From the NCBI GenBank assembly GCA_039025295.1, contig JBCCOR010000071.1:1-11927 (forward strand): a stretch of 11,927 nt of DNA. Reading direction: 5' to 3'. Positions 1 to 7,675 of the stretch are shown piece after piece. The position numbers were made by a program, and so were the translations under genes. The stretch's first letter is position 1; every line of letters begins with the position of its first letter. This DNA is from Acidobacteriota bacterium. Lineage in GTDB: Bacteria > Acidobacteriota > Thermoanaerobaculia > Multivoradales > J023. A model generated the notes under the pieces. It made no database searches. It was not told where the DNA came from and saw only the letters and a program-made list of their open reading frames with translations.

Positions 1-91
1 CCGCGCCGTCTTGACGGCGTCGGGCAGCGAAGCCGCGCCGTCTTGACGGCGTCGGGCAGCGAAGCCGCGCCGTTCTTACGGCGTCGGGCCC
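1..91. repeat. Tandem 32-bp repeat gaagccgcgccgtcttgacggcgtcgggcagc: one partial copy (1-28), one full copy (29-60) and one degenerate copy (61-91). Each unit contains a 7-2-7 inverted repeat cgccgtc-tt-gacggcg. The array is cut by the window edge.
   Basis: Read directly: 1-28 matches the last 28 nt of the unit. 29-60 is a full unit. 61-91 is a diverged copy (cgccgttcttacggcg, 6-bp arms). The arms cgccgtc and gacggcg are reverse complements. The array ends 19 bp before the ATG at 110. Confidence 0.8.
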
Positions 92-109
92 ACTGGTAGA
101 CTGGCGCGC

Positions 110-1183
110 ATGATCCACCGATATCGTGCTCGTCCGGCGGCATGGGCCGCATGCTCTCTCTCGATCCTGGGCCTCCTGGCCGCGCTGACGTTCACGCCGG
201 CCGTCTCCGCGCAGCCCGTGCGCCTGGCGATGGACGGCTTCGGCGGCAGCGTCGAGATCGAGATCCGCGGCCTGGCCGAGGAACGCGCGCGCGCGCTGGC
301 CGAGCGCGCCTTGGCCGAGATCCATCAGGTCGTCCAGCTGACCGATTCGTCGGGTCCGATCGTGCCGGCGCTCAACGCGCTGGCCGGGCAGCCGGCGCGC
401 ACGGTCGATCCGCGTCTGGCGCTGGCGCTCGAGCGCGCGCAGGGCTTCTGCGGCTGGTCGAACGGCGCCTACGGTCCGCTCGGCGGACGCCTGTATACGC
501 TGTGGGACGCGGGCGTCGATGCGCTGGCGTCGACCGATCCCGACACGCTGCTGGCGGCGGCGCAGAGCAGCGCCTGCACGGGTCTGCAGATCCGCAGCGA
601 GGCGACGGCGCCGGGCGCGCCGGGTCCGTTGCGGGCGACGGTGCAGCTGGCGCGCGACGCGCAGGTCGATCTGCGCGGCATCGCCCAGGGCCTGGCGGTC
701 GACCGGGCGATGGCGGTGCTGCGCGAGGCCGGCGTCACCAACGCGTGGGTCGGCGCGCCGCACGTCTGCCGCGCGCTCGGCCTCGGGCCCGAGGGCCTGG
801 GCTGGCTGGCGGTGCTGCCGTCGGTCGGCGAGATGGCCGAGGCGGCCGAGCCGGTCTGGCTGCGCGATCAGGCGCTCGCGTTCACGCCCGTCGACGGCCG
901 ACCGTGGCGGCGCGTGCACCAGCGCACGGGGCGCCCGACGCCGGGCGTGGCGATGGTCGTCACGGTCACCGAGCTGGCGATGGACGCTCAGGGTTTGGCG
1001 AGCAGCCTGCAGGCGCTCGGCCTGCAGCAGGGCTCGCTGCGCTTGGGCCAGCTCAAGCCCAAGCCGGCCGTCCTCTGGCTGCTGGGCGACGGCACCGGCA
1101 TGCCCGTGACCTCGCACTATCAGTGGGCCGAGCTGACCCATCAGGTGGAGACGGCCGGGCCCGAGAGCCTGGACATCCGCTGA
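110..1183 (+). CDS. apbE: ApbE/Ftp-family FAD:protein FMN transferase (periplasmic flavin transferase) with an N-terminal Sec signal peptide
   Basis: 357-aa ORF. N-terminus MIHRYRAR + hydrophobic stretch + AVSA/QP, typical of a signal peptide. ApbE family blocks are recognisable: SSGPIVPALNA (S..SELSRLN-like), GAYGPLGGRLYTLW (FDPTVGPL..LW-like), the family hallmark DLRGIAQGLAVDRAMAVLREAGVTNAWVGAPHV (LGGIAKGYAVD...ALVNLGGD), RRVHQRTGRP (HHIIDPRTGRP-like) and VTVT..AMDAQGLASSLQALG (VTV...ADALSTALFVLG-like). Confidence 0.75.
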   Translation: MIHRYRARPAAWAACSLSILGLLAALTFTPAVSAQPVRLAMDGFGGSVEIEIRGLAEERARALAERALAEIHQVVQLTDSSGPIVPALNALAGQPARTVDPRLALALERAQGFCGWSNGAYGPLGGRLYTLWDAGVDALASTDPDTLLAAAQSSACTGLQIRSEATAPGAPGPLRATVQLARDAQVDLRGIAQGLAVDRAMAVLREAGVTNAWVGAPHVCRALGLGPEGLGWLAVLPSVGEMAEAAEPVWLRDQALAFTPVDGRPWRRVHQRTGRPTPGVAMVVTVTELAMDAQGLASSLQALGLQQGSLRLGQLKPKPAVLWLLGDGTGMPVTSHYQWAELTHQVETAGPESLDIR

Positions 1184-1248
1184 AGATTGTTCGACGCCGC
1201 GCGACACAATTCGGTCCTGAATGCGTGTACGTACTGCAGCTCCCCGAA

Positions 1249-1902
1249 ATGCGTCTGGGGAGACTGCTCGTCGTCTTTCTCAAGGGCGGCAAGGTTCCCT
1301 TAGAGACCCGTTCGTTCGTCCAGGGCGTGCCGGCGTTCGCGTCGGTCCAGGTCAACTACCTGGCCTTCTGCCTCGCGCGCTGCGACCCCGCCGACTACCG
1401 CGATCGCGACGAGCCCCTGGCTGCGGCCCTCGTTGCCCTGATGCGCGCTGGGGACGGCGATCGCGTGCAGCAGAAGCTCGATGCGATCCGCCGCATCGCC
1501 GCGCTGACGAAGCAGCTCTCGAGCAAGCAGCGCTATCTGCTCCTGAAAACCATCGACACCTACCTGACGTTGCGCGGCCGAGACGCCGAGCGATACGCTG
1601 AAACCATGCAGGAACAGCCTGAGGAGATTCGCATCATGGCGCCCCAGACCTACGAGGAGTTCATCGCAGACGCTCTGCAGGAAGGCCGGCAGCTCGGCGT
1701 CCAGGAAGGCCGGCAGCTCGGCGTCTAGGAAGAGCGCGCACGGACGCGGATGCGGCTTCGGCGCCAGATCGAGCGCCGGTTCGGACCGCTGTCCGTCGAT
1801 CACCGCACGCGTCTCGACGCCATCGACGATCCCGACGCGCTCGATCGCGTGGCGGACCAGCTGCTCGACGCACCGTCGGTCGACGCCCTGCTGGGCGACT
1901 GA
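1249..1902 (+). pseudogene. Rpn/YhgA-family (PD-(D/E)XK recombination-promoting nuclease / transposase_31-like) C-terminal remnant including a DUF4351-like tail. It lacks the N-terminal nuclease domain and is interrupted by an in-frame TAG at 1726-1728.
   Basis: From ATG 1249 the frame gives ...QTYEEFIADALQEGRQLGVQEGRQLGV*. This is the Gln/Glu/Gly-rich repeat region characteristic of Rpn/YhgA C-termini. Read through the TAG, the same frame continues EERARTRMRLRRQIERRFGPLSVDHRTRLDAIDDPDALDRVADQLLDAPSVDALLGD* (stop 1900-1902). That matches the DUF4351 pattern (L..l.rRFG.l.......L......d.L..l...LL.a.sl..lL). There is no room upstream for the approx. 200-aa PD-(D/E)XK domain, because apbE ends at 1183. 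Confidence 0.55.
1678..1725 (+). repeat. Perfect 24-bp tandem duplication caggaaggccggcagctcggcgtc x2 (encodes QEGRQLGV x2), immediately followed by a TAG stop
   Basis: 1678-1701 and 1702-1725 are identical. TAG follows at 1726-1728. Confidence 0.9.
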
Positions 1903-1905
1903 GCG

Positions 1906-4900
1906 CTACTCGCCCAGCGAACGCGTGTCGATCTTGCGCAGCGCCTCGACCAGATCGCTCAGCTGATCGATCTCGCGCAGCGCACGATCGAGCTGATCGC
2001 GCAGGCCGCGGTCGTCGACCGACGCCGTCTTGAGACGCCGGTCGATGCCGCGGACGAGCTCGATCATCTGGTCGCCGACCTGGCGCCCCAGGCGCTCGAG
2101 CAGCTGCAGCACCGACGGACTCAGCACCTGGACCACACGCGGGCCCTGGGCAGCCTTCGCCAGCGCGCCGAGGGTCGCGTCGAGGCGGTCGAGATAGGGC
2201 GCGATCGGCGCATCGCCGTCGGCGCGTGCGGCCGACGGCACCGGCGGCACCGGCGACGCGGGCGCGGGCGCGGGCGGCACCGGCGCGGGTGGATCCGGGA
2301 CCGCCGGCGGACGCGCGACGATGTCGGCCAGCTGATCGAACACCGGACGCAGCGAAACGCCCAGACCGCGCGCCAGCGCGCCGGCCAGGGCGTCTGCGTC
2401 GAACGATGCAGCGGCCACAGCAGCCGGCGCGTCCGCACGCTGGGCCGCGCTCGCCTGGAGCGCCTCGACCACCATCCGCAGCTGCGCGGCGTTCTGCGCC
2501 TGCGACGCCTGCAGCGCCTCTGCGCGCGCCGCGTCGGCGTCGGCGTCCGCGTCGCCGTCCGTCGACGCGATCTGCGCCTGGCGCGCCGTCTCGATCGCCT
2601 CGCCGATCTGGCCCAGGCGATCGCCGAGCAGGCCGACCTGACCGATCAGCCGCGCCGCCGGATCGTCGTCGTCGCCGCCCATCGCCTGCACGCGCGCGAA
2701 GCCGCGCTTGATCTCGCGCCAGCGCGCCGCCTGCGCGTCGGTCATCGTGCCGCGCAGTTCGGCCAGCTTGAGCAGGTTGGCCTCGGCGCCGGTCGTCAAC
2801 GTCTGCGCCTCGCCGCGGTAGTGGTCGTCGAGCAGGGCCGCGCGCTCGGCGTCGTTCATCGCCGGCACGAGCTTCTCGACCAGCTTGTTCATGTTGCGGT
2901 AGCTGCCCTGCAGCTGGAAGCGCGGCTCGGTGCGGAAGGCGTCGGCCTGGGCGGCCGACTCGATGTAGGTCTGGTTGACCTGCAGCAGCACCGTGCGACA
3001 CGCCAGGGCGTGGCGCAGCACCGCCACCATCTCGTCGATCGCGGCGCCGCCGAGCGCCTCGGCCAGCGGACCGACGTCGACTTCCTCGCCCGCCGCGCGC
3101 CGGATCAGCAGGCGCGCATCCTCGGGATCGCGCGCCGCCAAAGGCGCCAGCACCGCGTTCGAGGTCAGGCTGTTCTCGACGTAGCTGAGCGCGAAGAGAT
3201 GCTCGCGGCCGGCCAGCATGTCGCCGAGGTTGTAGGTGTCGGCGCGGTTGGCGAGCATGTCGGGAATCTGAAAAGCCTCGCCGGCCTCGGTGTAGGGATT
3301 GCCGGCCATGCACACCGCGAAGCGCTTGCCGCGCAGGTCGTAGGTGCGCGTGCGACCGCGCCACACGCCCTCGATGCGTCGCTGGGCGTCGCACAGGCTG
3401 ATGAATTTCTGCAGCAGCTCGGGATGGGTGTGCTGGATGTCGTCGAGATAGAGCAGCACGTTGTTGCCCATCTCGAGCGCCAGGCCGATCTTCTCGACCT
3501 CCTGGCGCGCGGTGGCGTTGGGCGCCTCGGCCGGATCGAGGGAGACGACACCGTGGCCCAGCGCCGGGCCGTTGACCTTGACGAAAACCAGGCCGAGGCG
3601 CTGGGCGACGTATTCCATCAGCGTCGTCTTGCCGTAGCCGGGCGGTGAGATCAGGAGCAGCAGGCCCATCTGGTCGGTGCGCCGATCGGCGCCGACCGCG
3701 CCCATCTGCTTGGCCAGGTTGTCGCCGATCAGCGGCAGATAGACCTCGTCGATCAGCCGGTTGCGGACGAACGCGCCCATCACCTTGGGCTCGAGCTCAC
3801 CGAGCCGCAGGCGCGCGGTCTCGGCCTCGAGCAGATCGTGGCGGCGGCGCTGAAAGGCGCGGAAGGCCGGCACGTCGCGGCGCTCGAAGCCGTCGAGGCG
3901 GGCGGTGAAGGTGTCGAGGCGCAGCGACAGCGCGCCCTGACGCACGCGCGCGTGCTGGCCCAGGAGGCCGGTGATGCGCGCGTCGACCCGCGCCGACACC
4001 GTCTCCCACGCGCCGCGTCCGTGTACCAGCAGCTGCGCGACCGCCTCGGCGCGCGCCGCCGCGCGCGGATCCTCGGCTTCGTCGTCGGCGTCGCCATCGT
4101 CGGACGCCGGGCGACTCGCGTCGAGATAGGCGCCGATCCAGGCGTCGGCGAGGGCGTAGCGCGCGCCGAGGACGTCGTCGAGGGCGCGCAGATCGTCGTC
4201 GAGATCGAGCCAGCCGCGCGCGGTGTGCTGCTGCAGATGGGCGCGCAGGCCGTCGAGCAGCTGCGCCGCCTCGCCGCCGACGGTCAGGCGGCCGCCCTGG
4301 GTCGAGTGGCTGGGATCGTGCGCCAGCTCGTCGACCAGCCACGCCGCCGCCAGCGGCGCGTGGTCATCGAGCGGCAGCTGGGCGTCGCGGGCGAAGCGGT
4401 CCATGATCGTCGTCAGCTCGTCGCGCAGGGCGATGCGGGCCGCGCCCGCGCCGAAGGTCTCGGCCAGCCGACCCAGGCTGCGCGCGCGCCGCTGCCACAG
4501 CGCGCGCGCGGTGTGATCGGGATAGAAGGTCCAAAACAGGCTGCCGAGCGCGCGCGCCTCGGCCGGCTGGGCCAGGCGCGCCGCGTTGGTGGCCAGGCCG
4601 TGCAGCGCCTCGAGAATGCGCGCCGCGTCGTGATCGTGGACGCCGCGCGCGTAGCCTTCGTCGTAGCGCGCCGACGCCGCGCGGCGCGCAAGCTCCTCGA
4701 TGTCCGCGCGCTCGAGGGTCGTCGCGCCGCCCTGCCGGCGGTGCGCGCCGAAGAGCTGCCAGGCGAGGAATTCGGCGCGGTAGACGGCGTCGTTCTCCGA
4801 CGGATAGACCATGTCCCACACCGGGCGCGCGACGTCGAGAAAGTCGTCGCCGTCGGCCAGGCTCGACGCCACCGGCGCGCGGTAGTCGGTGCCGGTGAGC

Positions 4901-7662
4901 TGGAAGACCAGCGTGCGCGCGTCGCCGTCGCCCTGCGGCACGACGGTCAGGGCGACCGGCCGCGTGTTGACGCTGAAGCGATGGCGGCCGAGGCGCAGGG
5001 TCGGGCCGCTCTCGGCGTCGCCGTCGTCGAAGAGATCGCGGCGGTCGCGCAGGCCGCGGGCGGCCTCGTCGCGCGCGGTCTTGAGCCGGCCCTCGAGCTC
5101 GTCGGCCTGCACCGCCTCGCCCAGCGTGCGCAGCTCCTCGGCCAGATCGCGCAGCTTGGTGACCATCGGATCGGCGGCGAAGTAGGCCAGCAGCGCGTCG
5201 CCGTCGTCGATCTGCCCGCCGCGGCGGACGATGCCCTCGAGCACGCGGTCGGCGGCCGATGCCAGGCGCGCCGCCTTGCGCTGGCGCGCGTCGACCAGGC
5301 CCTGGCGCTTGGTGCTGAACGCCTCGTAGATGTCCTCGCGCTTGGTGGCGAGCTTGTCGGCGAAGTCGTCGTCGAGATCGGCGAAGCGCGTTTCGAGCGA
5401 CTCGAGGCGCAGCATGAGCTTCGCCAGCTGCGCGTCGCAGCCCTCGGGCGTGTCGGCGACCGCGAGCGCCGCGCCGACGCCCTGCGACAGCAGCGCGTAC
5501 TGCGCGCCGAACTCGGCCGCGCCTTCCTGCGCCGCCAGCGCCCGACGCGCGGCCTCGAAGCGCGCGCGCACCCGGTTGACCGACGACAGCACCTCGGCGA
5601 CGGTTTCGAGAATCCGCGTGCGCACGGTCGGATCGTCGACGTCGAGACCGTCGAGCACCTCGGTGAGCAGCTCGAGGCCGGCGGCCGCGTCGTCGAGGGC
5701 CTCGCCCACGGGCGCGGCGTCGGCGGTGCGGGTCAGGCCGTCGATCGACGCGTCGAGCGCGGCCAGGCGCGCGCGGTAGGGCGCGAGCGCGTCGTCGCCG
5801 AGCAGGTACGACGCGGCGTGCTCGGTGACGCCGGCCTCGGCCTCGGCGACCGACGCCGCCAGCGCCTCGATGCGGCCCGCGTCGGCGAAGCGCATCTCTT
5901 TGAGGCCGAGCACGTGGCCGCGATGGCGGCGCAGCCGGCCGAGCGCGCCGACGACGTCGTCGACCGCGGTCCAGCCGGCCGGATCGAGCCGGCGCTGGAT
6001 CTCGCCGAAGGTGCCCTCGGCCTCGCGCAGGGCGGCGGCGGCCCGGCGGCGGACCTCGGCGGTGCGCTCGTAGGCCGCGACCATCTCCTCGGCCGCGTCG
6101 CGCACGGCGCGGATCGGCGTCTGCAGATCGCCGACCACGTCGTGATCGAGCCAGAGATAGACGTCGAGCGCGCGCGTGGCGTTGCGGATCAGGTCCTCGA
6201 ACGGCCCGGCGCCGGCGTCGGCGGACGCGCCGGTGGCGGCCTGCGCCATGCTCAGGGCGTCGCTGATGCCGCGCACCAGCTCGGCGTTGCCGATCACCTC
6301 GAGATGGCTGCCGGTCGACGGCGCCGCCGCCGCGTGCTCGTCGCTGACGTAGGGCGTGCGCCACACCTGCAGCGCGTGCACCCGCGTCGGCTCGGCGCTG
6401 TCGGCGCGGAAGAGCGCCATCAGGCCGTCGTCGAAGAGGCTGTAGCCGCTGCTGCGCAGCGGGTTTTGCACGCTGCGGCGGATCAGGTTGTACGACAGGA
6501 GCAGCATGCGGCCGGCCGCGGGCGCGCGGAAGAGATAGAGCACGTCCTCGCCGTTGGGTGCGCGGATCGTGCGCTTGAACGCCAGGTCCGACGCGTCGAC
6601 GCCGTCGAAGACCTTGGTCTCGCCGCTCTGCAGATAGTAGCCACCCGGGAAGAGGATGCCGTGGTCCTCGGGCAGCTGCACGCACGCGCGGCCGATCGCG
6701 TCGATCCGGCGCACGTCGCGGGTGCGGATGTTGAACACCAGGTAGCGCCAGGTCTCCTCGCGGTAGGGCCGGATCTTGAGCAGGATCAGCGTCCCGAGCT
6801 TGGCGTAGAGGATCTCGCCGTCGTCGAGCGCCTGGTTGGCGTCGTCGACGTCCTCGCGGTAGATGCCGAGGCCGTCCTCGGTGTTGTCCTCGACCTTGAC
6901 CGTGAGATCGCCGCCGACGGTCTCGACGAAGACCTCGTCGAGGATGTTGACGTGCGGATGCCGTCCGAGGACGTAGTCGTCGCGGCCGGTCGCGACCCAG
7001 TCGAAATCGTGGCTCGGCGGCAGCACGTGCTCGCGCTCGCCGCGGTTGTCGAGATACGACACGCCGCCGTCGGGCGCGAGCGCCCAGCGGAAGACGCGCT
7101 GGTCGGTGAGCGCGCGACCGGTCTGGAAGATCATCAGCAGCCGGCCGTCGGTGTTGCGCAGCTGCAGCAGGCGGGCGTCCTTGTAGTAGCGGTAGAGCTC
7201 CTCGAAGTCTTTGACGAAGCCCGGATCGCGCAGGAAGTTCTGCGGCGATTCGGCCGGCACGCGCTCGAAGCGGTACGCCTCGCCGCCGGCCTCGTCGTCG
7301 CCGTCGTCGGGACGCGCAAAGGCGTGCAGGCTGAAGACGTCGCCGACGTGGACCTGGCGCTTGAGGCCGAGCACGACGTTGTAGCCGAAGAGCAGATGCC
7401 CGTCGACGGCGACGATGTCGCGCGGCACGCAGTTGTTTTCGGTGCGGATGCGCGCGCTGCCGGCCAGCGCCAGCTCGCCGCCGCCGAAGAGATCGAGGCG
7501 CTGCTGGTTGAGCGCGTCGGCGCGTTCGCGCAGCGTCTCGGCGTGGCTGCGCAGGCGCTCGCGCAGCAGGTCGAAGGTGCCGCGATCGATCGCCGCCGGC
7601 GCGTCCGCGTCGGACGGCGTCGCGTCGGACGGGACCGCGTTGGGTCGGTTGGCGTCCGCCAT
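1906..7662 (-). CDS. Giant (1918 aa) multidomain protein with a C-proximal AAA_5/MoxR-type AAA+ ATPase module. It is translationally coupled downstream of a flotillin-like gene. Function unknown.
   Basis: Single 5.76-kb ORF. ATG 7660-7662 (complement) lies 13 nt after the flotillin stop. The Walker A ISPPGYGKTTLMEY (aa approx. 1338-1351, nt approx. 3610-3651) was verified in the DNA: revcomp of 3621-3644 is ccgcccggctacggcaagacgacg. Walker B is NNVLLYLDDIQHT (aa approx. 1401-1413). The sensor-1-like motif FAVCMAGNPYTE is typical of AAA_5 (MoxR/McrB/midasin-type). The N-terminal approx. 450 aa are beta-rich (YLVFNIRTRD, GILFPGGYYLQSGETKVFDG). Aa approx. 450-1330 are acidic and helical. A Pro-rich linker PPAVPDPPAPVPPAPAPASPVPPVPS (nt approx. 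2233-2310) is followed by a approx. 100-aa helical C-terminus. The codon and amino-acid composition is coherent, unlike the Arg-rich alternate frames. Confidence 0.85.
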   Translation of the reverse strand: MADANRPNAVPSDATPSDADAPAAIDRGTFDLLRERLRSHAETLRERADALNQQRLDLFGGGELALAGSARIRTENNCVPRDIVAVDGHLLFGYNVVLGLKRQVHVGDVFSLHAFARPDDGDDEAGGEAYRFERVPAESPQNFLRDPGFVKDFEELYRYYKDARLLQLRNTDGRLLMIFQTGRALTDQRVFRWALAPDGGVSYLDNRGEREHVLPPSHDFDWVATGRDDYVLGRHPHVNILDEVFVETVGGDLTVKVEDNTEDGLGIYREDVDDANQALDDGEILYAKLGTLILLKIRPYREETWRYLVFNIRTRDVRRIDAIGRACVQLPEDHGILFPGGYYLQSGETKVFDGVDASDLAFKRTIRAPNGEDVLYLFRAPAAGRMLLLSYNLIRRSVQNPLRSSGYSLFDDGLMALFRADSAEPTRVHALQVWRTPYVSDEHAAAAPSTGSHLEVIGNAELVRGISDALSMAQAATGASADAGAGPFEDLIRNATRALDVYLWLDHDVVGDLQTPIRAVRDAAEEMVAAYERTAEVRRRAAAALREAEGTFGEIQRRLDPAGWTAVDDVVGALGRLRRHRGHVLGLKEMRFADAGRIEALAASVAEAEAGVTEHAASYLLGDDALAPYRARLAALDASIDGLTRTADAAPVGEALDDAAAGLELLTEVLDGLDVDDPTVRTRILETVAEVLSSVNRVRARFEAARRALAAQEGAAEFGAQYALLSQGVGAALAVADTPEGCDAQLAKLMLRLESLETRFADLDDDFADKLATKREDIYEAFSTKRQGLVDARQRKAARLASAADRVLEGIVRRGGQIDDGDALLAYFAADPMVTKLRDLAEELRTLGEAVQADELEGRLKTARDEAARGLRDRRDLFDDGDAESGPTLRLGRHRFSVNTRPVALTVVPQGDGDARTLVFQLTGTDYRAPVASSLADGDDFLDVARPVWDMVYPSENDAVYRAEFLAWQLFGAHRRQGGATTLERADIEELARRAASARYDEGYARGVHDHDAARILEALHGLATNAARLAQPAEARALGSLFWTFYPDHTARALWQRRARSLGRLAETFGAGAARIALRDELTTIMDRFARDAQLPLDDHAPLAAAWLVDELAHDPSHSTQGGRLTVGGEAAQLLDGLRAHLQQHTARGWLDLDDDLRALDDVLGARYALADAWIGAYLDASRPASDDGDADDEAEDPRAAARAEAVAQLLVHGRGAWETVSARVDARITGLLGQHARVRQGALSLRLDTFTARLDGFERRDVPAFRAFQRRRHDLLEAETARLRLGELEPKVMGAFVRNRLIDEVYLPLIGDNLAKQMGAVGADRRTDQMGLLLLISPPGYGKTTLMEYVAQRLGLVFVKVNGPALGHGVVSLDPAEAPNATARQEVEKIGLALEMGNNVLLYLDDIQHTHPELLQKFISLCDAQRRIEGVWRGRTRTYDLRGKRFAVCMAGNPYTEAGEAFQIPDMLANRADTYNLGDMLAGREHLFALSYVENSLTSNAVLAPLAARDPEDARLLIRRAAGEEVDVGPLAEALGGAAIDEMVAVLRHALACRTVLLQVNQTYIESAAQADAFRTEPRFQLQGSYRNMNKLVEKLVPAMNDAERAALLDDHYRGEAQTLTTGAEANLLKLAELRGTMTDAQAARWREIKRGFARVQAMGGDDDDPAARLIGQVGLLGDRLGQIGEAIETARQAQIASTDGDADADADAARAEALQASQAQNAAQLRMVVEALQASAAQRADAPAAVAAASFDADALAGALARGLGVSLRPVFDQLADIVARPPAVPDPPAPVPPAPAPASPVPPVPSAARADGDAPIAPYLDRLDATLGALAKAAQGPRVVQVLSPSVLQLLERLGRQVGDQMIELVRGIDRRLKTASVDDRGLRDQLDRALREIDQLSDLVEALRKIDTRSLGE
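2982..3672 (-). other. AAA+ (AAA_5-like) ATPase module of the giant protein, approx. aa 1330-1560: Walker A GYGKTT, Walker B LLYLDD, sensor AGNP
   Basis: Motifs read in the translation, and Walker A confirmed in the nucleotide sequence at 3621-3644 (complement). Module boundaries are approximate. Confidence 0.65.
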
Positions 7663-7675
7663 GATCGGCGCCCGC

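Noticed and set aside
1-91. Possible CRISPR array
   Set aside because: The repeats are directly tandem with no intervening spacers and contain a degenerate third copy. This is not CRISPR architecture.
1240-1262. Inverted repeat ctcccc-N11-ggggag after apbE as a possible terminator
   Set aside because: It has a short 6-bp stem, a large loop and no downstream T-run, and it overlaps the ATG of the next ORF. It is not a convincing intrinsic terminator.
142-1728. 528-aa + ORF overlapping apbE in another frame
   Set aside because: It is extremely Arg/Gly/Ala-rich (RRxRxR runs), the typical alternate-frame artefact in approx. 70% GC DNA. Only its 3' portion (from ATG 1249) shows recognisable protein-family features, and I called that part as the Rpn/DUF4351 remnant.
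1661-3394. 577-aa minus-strand ORF overlapping the 3' end of the giant gene
   Set aside because: It is an out-of-frame read of the same strand region with an Arg/Gly/Pro-rich low-complexity translation. The overlapping 1918-aa frame carries the Walker motifs and a coherent composition.
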